A stretch of DNA of 64,000 nt from Thermodesulfobacteriota bacterium (GTDB lineage: Bacteria; Desulfobacterota_D; UBA1144; Nemesobacterales; JAJCZQ01), in NCBI GenBank assembly GCA_965203965.1, contig CBDBDR010000017.1:672001-736000 (forward strand), read 5' to 3'. Made by a program: the position numbers and the translations under genes. Shown here one piece after another: positions 9,608 to 18,728 of this stretch. Numbering within the stretch: position 1 is the stretch's first letter; each line of letters starts with the position of its first letter. Below the pieces are notes generated by a model, which had not been told where the DNA came from, ran no database searches, and saw nothing but the letters and a program-made list of their open reading frames with translations.

Positions 9608-10621
9608 ATGACCAACAAAACAACAAAACAACGTGCTTCTCTCAACCGCACTATTAATTTAAATAATAGCGAATTAGCAAAATACAAAAAACATCTTATC
9701 CAACTAAATAAATTAGTTTCTGATAATCCAGTCTCCATCGAAGATATTTTAAACAAAACCATACAACAAGATGTTTTTGAAGTTATAGATCATCTACCAG
9801 ACAAATTTGTAGATATTGTTTTTGTTGACCCGCCATATAACCTCAACAAGATGTTCAACCTTACCACTTTCAAAGAGATGGAGTCAGAAAAATATGAGAA
9901 ATGGCTTGATTCTTGGATGAGCAAAATAGTTCGCCTTTTGAAACCAACAGCGTCAGTTTATATCTGTGGTGATTGGAGATCATCTGGTGCGATTTTCAAC
10001 ATTGTTAGAAAGTATTTTAAAATCCAGAATCGCATAACATTTGAAAGAGAAAAAGGGCGGGGGGCAAAAAAGAATTGGAAAAATAGTTCTGAGGACATTT
10101 GGTTTTGCACTATGTCAAAGGATTATTATTTTAATGTTGATGCGGTAAAAATGAAAAGAAAGGTCATTGCACCATATCGTGATAATTCTGGCAATGCAAA
10201 AGATTGGAATGAGGATAAAGATGGTAAATATCGCTTAACATATCCTTCGAATATATGGACGGATATAACAATTCCTTTTTGGTCTATGCCAGAAAATACG
10301 GATCATCCTACGCAAAAGCCAGAAAAATTAGTTGCAAAAATACTACTTGCAAGTTCTAAACCAAAGGACGTTGTATTTGATCCATTTCTCGGTTCTGGCA
10401 CTACATCCGTTGTGGCAAAAAAATTAGAGAGAAATTACGTAGGCATTGAAATAGATGAGTATTATTGTTGCCTTGCCGAAAAACGCCTTGAAATAGCAGA
10501 ATCCAATAAAACAATACAAGGCTATTCCGATAATATTTTTTGGGAACGTAATAGCCTTAATGAACAAATAGACAGTAATAATAAGAATAGCGATTTGTAT
10601 ACATCTGTTACAAATGATTAG
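9608..10621 (+). CDS. Site-specific DNA methyltransferase (N6A/N4C, beta class), orphan
   Basis: DPPY precedes HPTQKP and DPFLGSGTT. Confidence 0.92.
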   Translation: MTNKTTKQRASLNRTINLNNSELAKYKKHLIQLNKLVSDNPVSIEDILNKTIQQDVFEVIDHLPDKFVDIVFVDPPYNLNKMFNLTTFKEMESEKYEKWLDSWMSKIVRLLKPTASVYICGDWRSSGAIFNIVRKYFKIQNRITFEREKGRGAKKNWKNSSEDIWFCTMSKDYYFNVDAVKMKRKVIAPYRDNSGNAKDWNEDKDGKYRLTYPSNIWTDITIPFWSMPENTDHPTQKPEKLVAKILLASSKPKDVVFDPFLGSGTTSVVAKKLERNYVGIEIDEYYCCLAEKRLEIAESNKTIQGYSDNIFWERNSLNEQIDSNNKNSDLYTSVTND

Positions 10622-10741
10622 ATATTTTTTATCAGAAGGAACACTGTATTTGTTCCCTACATATCCCTTGAAATTAAACTAAAATTGCAAATACTTGCCA
10701 AATCTGTCAATGTATTTATAAACTCACTTGAAGGCAAAACA

Positions 10742-11170
10742 ATGATGATTATAAAATTCTTAACTTCCCGTGCAGCAATCAACAAAGATTTCGGCTTGTT
10801 GATTTTAAGAGTAATAATTGGTCTTAGCATGCTTGTCTTTCATGGTTATTCAAAGATAACGGGAGGCACGGAAGCATGGGCAAATATCGGCAAGAGAATG
10901 GGTTTGCTCGGTTTAGATTTTCTACCCGTTTTCTGGGGATTTATGGCTGGTTTTGCAGAGTTTGTCTGCTCTATCCTGATTATAATCGGGGTTTTATTCA
11001 GACCTGCTACAATTCTTCTTGCGTTTACAATGACTGTGGCTGTCTTAGTGCACTTGAATATGCCACCTGAAAATCCTGCAGCAGGATGGAGTGGAGCTTC
11101 ACATGCGTTGGAACTGCTCGCGGTTTATGTATGCCTGTTTTTTGTCGGTCCAGGAAAATACAGAATATAG
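10742..11170 (+). CDS. DoxX family membrane protein
   Basis: GLLILR..IG...HGYSK, AEF, GPGKY terminus; several TM helices. Confidence 0.88.
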   Translation: MMIIKFLTSRAAINKDFGLLILRVIIGLSMLVFHGYSKITGGTEAWANIGKRMGLLGLDFLPVFWGFMAGFAEFVCSILIIIGVLFRPATILLAFTMTVAVLVHLNMPPENPAAGWSGASHALELLAVYVCLFFVGPGKYRI

Positions 11171-11177
11171 TTATTAA

Positions 11178-11522
11178 ATGTATTTTGACTCCGAAAGACA
11201 AATTTCTCCAAATTTTGATCTCTCTGAAATTCAAAAAGAGCAGACTGACACAGCTTCGCTTTATAACGTCATATTGATAGACGATGACGACCACACCTAT
11301 GATTATGTTATTGAGATGTTGTGTGAGCTTTTTAGTCACAGTAAGACAACGGCTTTTGAGATGGCATGTGAAGTTGATTATACCGGCAGGGTTATTGTCC
11401 ATAAGGCTCGCAGAGAAGAAGCCGAGCTCAAAAAAGAGCAAATACTCTGTCATGGTCCGGATTGGCGACTTGAAAGAAGTATGGGGTCAATGCGAGCCAT
11501 TGTTGAAATCGCAAACTCTTGA
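11178..11522 (+). CDS. clpS: ClpS adaptor protein
   Basis: YNVILIDDDDHTYDYVIEMLCELF core. Confidence 0.85.
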   Translation: MYFDSERQISPNFDLSEIQKEQTDTASLYNVILIDDDDHTYDYVIEMLCELFSHSKTTAFEMACEVDYTGRVIVHKARREEAELKKEQILCHGPDWRLERSMGSMRAIVEIANS

Positions 11523-12470
11523 AAAATTTTGCTTTATTACCCTCAGAAAATTTGCACCCATAATTTTTTTTACTCTCTCCCTGTCATAACCACGGTCCAG
11601 AAAATATTTTGCTACCAGTGGAAGTTCTGAAATCCGTCTTACTTCTTTGGGAAACTCTTTTATGTTTCCACCGTCAAGATCAGTGCCTATGCCAACGTGA
11701 TCCTCGCCGCACAGATTTACAATGTGATCCGTGTGTTTAAATATATCCTCCAAAGTTGGTGGACTTTCCCCGGTCTTGAGAAAAGAGTTATAAAAAACTA
11801 TTCCAACCACACCACCCCTTTCTGAGACTGCCATTAGTTGCTCATCCGTGAGATTTCTCGGATGGTCAGTTAGCACTCTTGCATTTGAGTGTGTGGCTAT
11901 TGGGATCAGTCGGGTTAATTCTATGGATTGCCAAAATGATCTTTCATTAAGATGGGAAAGATCCAGAGTAATGCCCATCTCGTTCATCTTTGCAATCAAC
12001 TTTACCCCATCTTTTGTGAGCCCTGTTTCGGTATCAGTTCCGGATGCAAACCTGTTTTGATTGTTCCATGAAAGACCCAGTATTCTAAGTCCCTTGCCGT
12101 GGTAGAACTCCAAGTCGTTCATATACCCTTCAATCGGATCGGCACCTTCCATAAGTGTCAGAAAACCTATCTTGTCATTTTTTTCAAGCTCGTTCAGATC
12201 TTTCAAATTATTAACCTGCATAACAACGTCTCTATGCTTTGCGTATATGCTGTCGTAAATTTCAACCTGCTTTTTTGCCTTTTGTGCTGTTCTGCGAGGT
12301 CTGTGCTTGGGATGAACAAATATAGTGTTGAAAACCAGTTTTACACCAGCTTCACGCAGCCATGGCAGTGTTATCATGCAATTTGCATCTGTATCGTCAA
12401 AATCTCGCTTAAAATAGTTCAGATGAAAAGCTATGTCCTCATGTGCATCAACTATAAAAAAATCATCCAT
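11487..12470 (-). CDS. Membrane dipeptidase (peptidase M19)
   Basis: DAHED, MEGAD, DLSHL, ATHSN, GIGTDLDG. Confidence 0.92.
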   Translation of the reverse strand: MDDFFIVDAHEDIAFHLNYFKRDFDDTDANCMITLPWLREAGVKLVFNTIFVHPKHRPRRTAQKAKKQVEIYDSIYAKHRDVVMQVNNLKDLNELEKNDKIGFLTLMEGADPIEGYMNDLEFYHGKGLRILGLSWNNQNRFASGTDTETGLTKDGVKLIAKMNEMGITLDLSHLNERSFWQSIELTRLIPIATHSNARVLTDHPRNLTDEQLMAVSERGGVVGIVFYNSFLKTGESPPTLEDIFKHTDHIVNLCGEDHVGIGTDLDGGNIKEFPKEVRRISELPLVAKYFLDRGYDRERVKKIMGANFLRVIKQNFSRVCDFNNGSH

Positions 12471-12472
12471 AT

Positions 12473-14032
12473 TTACTCACTTGACCCCCACCCTCCACCG
12501 CCTGGGGTTTCTATGCGAACAATATCACCTTTTTTAACACTGAAAGTTTTTTTCGGCGGAAGTTCAATCTCTCTGCCATCTGTGACCAAGATATTTCTGC
12601 CTAATTTCCCCTCCTCACCGCCGTTTATTCCATAAGGAGGGTTTAATCTCCTTTCAGTTATCAGAGACACTTTGACGTCGGTAAGAAACTGTATCTCTTT
12701 CACAATTCCATCTCCTCCTATGTATTTTCCTCTGCCACCGGAGTCACCGCGTATATAGTAGGATTTTATCAAAACAGGTAGCTCTTTCTCAAGAGCTTCA
12801 ACAGGTGTGTTAAGCGTATTAGTCATGTGAGTTTGAACCGCACTGACCCCGTTCATTCCTTTTCTCGCTCCCATACCTCCTCCAATCGTTTCGTAGTAGG
12901 CAAATTCAGTTTCACTTCCCTGCATCTTTCCTCCAAAAGCAATGTTGTTCATAGTCCCTGCGCTTGCTGCCTGCACTTTATCGGGAACGGATTTTGACAA
13001 AGCACCAAAAACAACGTCAACAACTCTCTGTGACGTTTCCACATTTCCCCCAACAACTGCACTGGGATATTTGGCATTCAGAATTGAGTTTTCATCAACT
13101 TTGACCTTTATAGCTCTTAGCGGACCAGAATTCAGAGGTATATAGTCCGGGGCAAGACACTGAAATACATAAAGAACGGCGGATACCGTAACACTGTAGG
13201 GTGCATTCAGACATCCTTGCACTTTTGCAGAGCTACCCCTAAAATCCACGGTGGCATTCCCTTCATCAATCGTAACTTCGGCTTTTAGCTCAATATTTTC
13301 ATTGCCCTGTCCGTCATCATCAAGAAAATCCCTGAATTTATAAACTCCGTCAGGTATATCAGAGATAACGCTCTTCATAATATTTGCACTGTAATTCAGT
13401 AGTTTGGAAGATGCTTCATTTATTGTATCTATCCCGTATTTATCAATAGCCTCAAGCAATTTTACTTTTCCTAATTCAAGACATGCGATCTGAGCTTTAA
13501 GGTCTCCTTCCCTCTCCTGCGGGTCCCTTGTTGCATCAAGTATCTGCTGCATAACGTCCCTGTTTTGCACTCCACCCCTATAGAGTCTGGAAGGAGAAAT
13601 AATTATACCCTCTTCGTGTACAGTGCTTGAAAGAGGCATTGAGCCCGGAGTATTACTGCCAATATCGGCATGATGTGCTCTGGATACGAGAAAAAATTTA
13701 GGTTCTCCATTGTAAAAAACAGGACTTATGCAGGTAATATCAGGCAGATGAGTGCCTCCCTTAAAAGGATCATTCAGAATAAATACATCCCCTTCCCTGA
13801 TCTCCTCGTTCAGTATTGCCCCAACGGAAAACGACATTGAACCAAGGTGGACGGGAATGTGTGCTGCTTGTGCTATCATTTCTCCCGAACTGTTAAATAT
13901 GGCACATGAAATATCCCGCCTCTCCTTTATGTTTGGAGAAAGTGCTGATCTGACAAGAATGGATCCCATCTCCTCTGCAATTGTGCCGAGAATATTGTTA
14001 AATATTTCAAGTTCAAAAATTCCGATTGACAA
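12473..14032 (-). CDS. Hydantoinase B / 5-oxoprolinase subunit
   Basis: SPNIKERRD, HIPVHLGSM, NDPFKGGTHLPD, RAHHADIG, TPGGGGWG. Confidence 0.93.
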   Translation of the reverse strand: MSIGIFELEIFNNILGTIAEEMGSILVRSALSPNIKERRDISCAIFNSSGEMIAQAAHIPVHLGSMSFSVGAILNEEIREGDVFILNDPFKGGTHLPDITCISPVFYNGEPKFFLVSRAHHADIGSNTPGSMPLSSTVHEEGIIISPSRLYRGGVQNRDVMQQILDATRDPQEREGDLKAQIACLELGKVKLLEAIDKYGIDTINEASSKLLNYSANIMKSVISDIPDGVYKFRDFLDDDGQGNENIELKAEVTIDEGNATVDFRGSSAKVQGCLNAPYSVTVSAVLYVFQCLAPDYIPLNSGPLRAIKVKVDENSILNAKYPSAVVGGNVETSQRVVDVVFGALSKSVPDKVQAASAGTMNNIAFGGKMQGSETEFAYYETIGGGMGARKGMNGVSAVQTHMTNTLNTPVEALEKELPVLIKSYYIRGDSGGRGKYIGGDGIVKEIQFLTDVKVSLITERRLNPPYGINGGEEGKLGRNILVTDGREIELPPKKTFSVKKGDIVRIETPGGGGWGSSE

Positions 14033-14119
14033 CTTGTATCATCTCCTCTGACTGGTAATTCTATAAGAAATTAGAAATAAAAATTATAACATTAACAAAA
14101 ATTTTATATCTATGAACGT

Positions 14120-14147
14120 TTGACACGGATAAATTAACGTGTATGTT
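14120..14147 (+). promoter_or_regulatory. Putative sigma70 promoter for riboswitch/btuB
   Basis: TTGACA-16 nt-TATGTT immediately upstream of riboswitch P1. Confidence 0.55.
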
Positions 14148-14156
14148 GCTTGCCAA

Positions 14157-14370
14157 CTTATAGGTTAAGGGAATCAGATGAAAGTTCTGAACTGTGCCCG
14201 CAGCCGTAATAAGGTATGTCTTTGGATCTTATTGAAGCTAAACCATTTAGCTTCAAGTCACTGGTGAAAACTGGGAAGACTTATTCAAAGACCTATCCCT
14301 TTAAGTCGGAAAACCTGCCTAAATATAATGAGTCAGCGTATCACCTCGGGAACAAGGTTATTGGCTTTTT
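14157..14370 (+). ncRNA. Cobalamin riboswitch
   Basis: AAGGGAA, CTGTGCCCGCAGCCGT, GTCACTG..GGGAAG, B12 box AGTCGGAAAACCTGCC; downstream loop CGGGAACA complementary to L5; upstream of TonB-dependent receptor. Confidence 0.9.
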
Positions 14371-14496
14371 GATGACATACTATAAAACATCAGATGATTA
14401 TGCCGTGTATATGATATGGCAATCTGAAGAAATCAGGAATCCATTAGCATTTTAGCAATCTGTTCTCTTTGAGTGTTGTGCACTAGGAGATTTGAA

Positions 14497-16437
14497 ATGA
14501 AAAATTTCATGCTTGTTTTATCATTTTTAACTTTTGTATGTTTTGTACAAAATTCTTTTGCCAAAGAAGCAGAAAGATTACAAGAGGTCATCATTACAGC
14601 CACAAAGATCCCGACCCCTTCTGAGCAGTTTGGAGCCTCAGTTGAGATCATTACACGTGATGATATTGAAAAAAGCCGCGCAGTAGAGGTAATAGATCTA
14701 TTAAGGAAGGTGCCGGGTTTGATCGTGTCGCAGTCCGGAAGCAAAGGAGGTACTTCCTCGTTGTTCGTGAGAGGAGGTGAAAGCGACTACAATCTTATAA
14801 TGATAGATGGAGTGCAAGTTAATCAATCTGCAGGTGCTTTTGATTTTTCTAACCTTACCACGGAAAACATAGAAAGGATCGAGATCATAAAAGGGTCTCA
14901 TTCTGCAATCTATGGCTCCGATGCCATATCATCAGTCATCAATATCATCACGAGAAAGGGACACGAAAAACTCGAACTTTACTTGTCAGGTGCCGTTGGA
15001 GCGAGAAAGGAGAACAAAAACCTTATATGGGAATATAAATCCGGCATTTCTTCTGGAAACGAGCGATACGGCTATTCTCTATCTTTTGGAAGATCAAGCG
15101 ATGAAGGAATACTGGATTTTAACAATGATTATACAAATAACACCTACACGGGCACTTTAAATTTGATCCCGGATGAAAAATTAAAATTCTCTATTACGGC
15201 AATCTATCAGGATTCTAAATTTGAATTTCCCACGGGAAGCGCTGGAGACAGATTTGATGTTCTTGATCCAGGTCAGTTCTCGGAAAACGATATAATTGTC
15301 ATAGGTGCTAATATCTCCCACAGAACCACTACATGGTGGGAGAACACCCTCTCTCTTGGTTGGACAGATCAGGAAAGGAAAAACAAAGATGAGGATAACG
15401 GTATAGAAATAGACCCATTTGGAGGCTTAGAAAGTAACGTAGAAGAAAGGAGACAAACGGCTGATTACAGGTCTAATATATTTTTTGATAACAACAACTT
15501 CTCCTCTGTCACAACATTGGGGTTTGAATACGAAAAGGAAAAGTACGATGGTTTTGGATTAAACAACTCAAGAAATAACTATGCTTACTATATTCAGGAA
15601 CAGTTTGGATTATATGAAAGGTTATTTATCACGGCAGGTGTAAGACTTGATGATAATGAAAATTACGGAACAGAATTTACCCCGAGAGTTTCAGTTTCAT
15701 ATTTAATCAAGGAGTATGGAACAAAACTGAGATCATCAGTAGGAAGGGGGATCAAAGAACCAAGTTTCTTTGAGAATTTTGCCAGCGGATTTGCCACAGG
15801 CAACCCAAATCTTGAACCTGAAGAATCATTAAGTATTGAAGGAGGTATAGATCAGCTTTTTTTCAATAATAATTTGGAAATTTATTTTACTTATTTCTGG
15901 AACAAGTTTGAAAATTTGATCCAGTATAAATTTGAAGGTTTTGCCAACGGGACAGATTATGCCAATATTCAGGAGGCTAAAACAAAGGGTATAGAGATTG
16001 GGGGGAATTTTAATATCAGTAGTGAATTGACTTTAGGTTTAAGCTACGTCTATCTTGATTCTGAAGTAACTGAAGATGGAGGTCTAAGCTCTGCTGGATT
16101 TTCTGAAGGGTCTAAATTGATCAGGAGACCCAACCACTATTTTTCACTTGTGGCAAACTATTTCTACAAAGATTTTAACTTGAACGCGTCTGGAACTTAT
16201 ATCGGCAAGCGAGACGACCTAAATTTTGCAGAATTTCCATCTAAACGTGTGGAAAATGACGGATACTTCAAAGCCGATTTAGCTGGGAGCTATAAACTGC
16301 CGCTGAATTTTTCTTATTTGAGCAGTGCAACCGTGTTTACAAGAATACAAAACCTTTTTAATAAGGATTATGAAGACGTGTTTGGATTTTCAAGTCCCAG
16401 GTTGAATTTTGTAGCTGGACTCTCAATTCGCATATAG
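14497..16437 (+). CDS. btuB: TonB-dependent receptor, probable cobalamin transporter
   Basis: Signal peptide, TonB box EVIITAT, plug (IERIEIIKG...YGSDA), beta-barrel; preceded by B12 riboswitch and AGGAG. Confidence 0.88.
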   Translation: MKNFMLVLSFLTFVCFVQNSFAKEAERLQEVIITATKIPTPSEQFGASVEIITRDDIEKSRAVEVIDLLRKVPGLIVSQSGSKGGTSSLFVRGGESDYNLIMIDGVQVNQSAGAFDFSNLTTENIERIEIIKGSHSAIYGSDAISSVINIITRKGHEKLELYLSGAVGARKENKNLIWEYKSGISSGNERYGYSLSFGRSSDEGILDFNNDYTNNTYTGTLNLIPDEKLKFSITAIYQDSKFEFPTGSAGDRFDVLDPGQFSENDIIVIGANISHRTTTWWENTLSLGWTDQERKNKDEDNGIEIDPFGGLESNVEERRQTADYRSNIFFDNNNFSSVTTLGFEYEKEKYDGFGLNNSRNNYAYYIQEQFGLYERLFITAGVRLDDNENYGTEFTPRVSVSYLIKEYGTKLRSSVGRGIKEPSFFENFASGFATGNPNLEPEESLSIEGGIDQLFFNNNLEIYFTYFWNKFENLIQYKFEGFANGTDYANIQEAKTKGIEIGGNFNISSELTLGLSYVYLDSEVTEDGGLSSAGFSEGSKLIRRPNHYFSLVANYFYKDFNLNASGTYIGKRDDLNFAEFPSKRVENDGYFKADLAGSYKLPLNFSYLSSATVFTRIQNLFNKDYEDVFGFSSPRLNFVAGLSIRI

Positions 16438-16455
16438 TTTTTGACTATATAATCA

Positions 16456-16496
16456 AGCGGTGTCGCCATGGCAAATATTGCTGGGCAAACACCGCT
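16456..16496. terminator. Stem-loop between convergent genes
   Basis: AGCGGTGT...ACACCGCT outer stem with inner GCC/GGC and GCAA/TTGC pairing; no clear U-tract. Confidence 0.4.
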
Positions 16497-16537
16497 CGAA
16501 CTGAACATCACATTGATATTCTACAAAGCCGATACTC

Positions 16538-17560
16538 TTAAAAGCGTGGTATCACTTCCTTGCCAAATAACTTAATACATTCAGAAATTACTCCGTTTGG
16601 AGCTTGAGGGAAAACCATTCTGCAGACAATGTAATCAATACCAGTTTCTTCCTTGTATTTATTGATCTCGTCAACGCAATACTCAGAAGTCCCTATAATA
16701 AACCTGTCTTCGGGAATATGCTCTAATAAAGGATCATCAATACTTTTAACCTGCTGACCCCTGACAAATATTTTCACACCCAAACTGAAGTAAAACTTAT
16801 ACATATTTATTATGTATTCTGTTCCCCCTTCAATTGCTTTATCTTTTGTTCCGGAAATAAATGTTTCCCTGAGCAAAACGTGCTTAATGCTTTCGGGATC
16901 ATGTCCGGCTTTGGATGCAGAATCATTAAACCAGTTCAGCGTATCCTTTATCATGTCGGTTGTTCTTCCGGGTCCTATTAAAAGTGGGTAGCCAAGTTTT
17001 CCTGCACGTCTTATGGCAGGTTCTTCAAATGCACCTATGTATATCGGTATCGGCTTTTGAATTGGTTTTGGAGTAACATTTATATCTTGGAAATTAAATC
17101 TTTTCCCATTATATGAAAAATCTTCATCCGCCCATGATTTTGTAATAATTTCCACTCCTTCTTCAATTCTTGAGGGGCGCTGGTTGATTGGAATATTGAA
17201 CCCTTCAAATTCTTCTTTCCTGTATCCAATTGCCACGCCGAGATCAAATCGCCCACCGGATATTATATCCACCGTTGCAGAATCCTCAGCAATGCGGACA
17301 GGGTTATGGAGCGGTAATATTAAAGCTCCCGTGCCAATCCTTATATTACTGGTAACTGCCGCCATTGCAGCTGCCATTGCAAGTGGAGATGAACAGTAGC
17401 CATCTTCCATGAAATGATGTTCGGATAACCATGCTGAGTAAAACCCCAAATCTTCCGCCAGTTTGACATTCTCAAGTGTGTCCTTGTAAAGCTCCCTGTG
17501 CGTAATGTTTGGAAGATCTTTATGGGTTTGCATACTGAAAAGTCCAACTCCAATTTTCAT
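16538..17560 (-). CDS. LLM-class flavin/F420-dependent oxidoreductase
   Basis: WLSEHHF, LPLHNPVRIAED, GRFDLGVAIGYR. Confidence 0.92.
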   Translation of the reverse strand: MKIGVGLFSMQTHKDLPNITHRELYKDTLENVKLAEDLGFYSAWLSEHHFMEDGYCSSPLAMAAAMAAVTSNIRIGTGALILPLHNPVRIAEDSATVDIISGGRFDLGVAIGYRKEEFEGFNIPINQRPSRIEEGVEIITKSWADEDFSYNGKRFNFQDINVTPKPIQKPIPIYIGAFEEPAIRRAGKLGYPLLIGPGRTTDMIKDTLNWFNDSASKAGHDPESIKHVLLRETFISGTKDKAIEGGTEYIINMYKFYFSLGVKIFVRGQQVKSIDDPLLEHIPEDRFIIGTSEYCVDEINKYKEETGIDYIVCRMVFPQAPNGVISECIKLFGKEVIPRF

Positions 17561-17672
17561 TAGACACCTCCAAAATAAACTGTGTAAATTATACCATCAC
17601 TTCCTTTTTAGTTGAATTTTCAAACAAAATACTGCTATAATCAACTTGAAAAAATTATAGTGAGGAAGTTAA

Positions 17673-18728
17673 ATGGCTAAAGAAATTAAATTTGGACTCT
17701 CCGCCCCCATGCCGGGTGCTGACGTTAAAGGATTAATTGAATTTTCTGTTATAGCAGACAAGTTAGGTTTTGACACCATCTGGTATCCCGACCATCTTTT
17801 GTTTGTAGCTCCTGGTGCAATTGCACCCGAGGCTTGGACGGTGGCAGCAGCCGCAGCAACTCAGACCAATAGCATTAATCTGGGCACTGTTTCCGACCCG
17901 CACAGGATGCACCCAGCAGTTTTTGCACAGAGACTCGCCACGGTGGATCAGCTATCAGAGGGAAGGACGGTTTTAACCCTTGGAGTTGGTGAGTCAATGA
18001 ACCTTGATGCCTTTGGTATAGAGTGGAATAAACCTCTCGCAAAACTTAGGGAATCAATGGAAGTTATGGAGATCCTTTGGCAGACGGATGAACCAACCAA
18101 TTTCAAAGGTCAGTTTTACAATCTTGAAAACGCATTTTTACAGATAAAACCTTATGAAAGAACAAAGATACCATTTTACATTGCCACTCACACGCCCAAG
18201 GGTCTTCAACTGACTGGAGAAAAAGGCAATGGATGGCTTCCAATTGACCTTAATCCTGATCTTTATTCAAAATATTATTCGGATATAAAGTCCGCAGCAA
18301 GCAACATAGGGCGTTCAATGGATGATTTTGACCCTGCTCTCTGGGTGTTCACATCGCTTGGCAAAAACATTGATGAAGCATATAAAACCCTTGAACCGTT
18401 TAAATACGTGCTTGTCATGCAAGACCAGTTGCTCAAAGCTGGTTACGACGTTGAAATACCGGAGGAGTATCACGGATTGAACTACTTTAATATCATACCA
18501 ACCGATGAAAAAGGAAGGCAGAAATTTAGAGAGTTGGGACAAATGTTTCCAAGAGAAGCAATCCTAGATTTTACAATTACCGGTGCCAAAAAAGACTGTA
18601 TTGAAAAGATTGAAAAATTTATTGACGTCGGCGTCAGAAATTTTGTTCTCTTTTACCGCTTCAGTCCTGATCCAGAGTTGGCTCTTGAAACTTATGCAAA
18701 TGAGATCATACCTTATTTTAAGGGCTAA
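17673..18728 (+). CDS. LLM-class oxidoreductase, probably F420-dependent
   Basis: WYPDH, HPAVFAQ..AT.D, LGVGESMN (FGD/Adf-like). Confidence 0.88.
   Translation: MAKEIKFGLSAPMPGADVKGLIEFSVIADKLGFDTIWYPDHLLFVAPGAIAPEAWTVAAAAATQTNSINLGTVSDPHRMHPAVFAQRLATVDQLSEGRTVLTLGVGESMNLDAFGIEWNKPLAKLRESMEVMEILWQTDEPTNFKGQFYNLENAFLQIKPYERTKIPFYIATHTPKGLQLTGEKGNGWLPIDLNPDLYSKYYSDIKSAASNIGRSMDDFDPALWVFTSLGKNIDEAYKTLEPFKYVLVMQDQLLKAGYDVEIPEEYHGLNYFNIIPTDEKGRQKFRELGQMFPREAILDFTITGAKKDCIEKIEKFIDVGVRNFVLFYRFSPDPELALETYANEIIPYFKG

Noticed and set aside
14216..14455. 79-aa ORF upstream of btuB
   Set aside because: Overlaps the cobalamin riboswitch; no coding evidence
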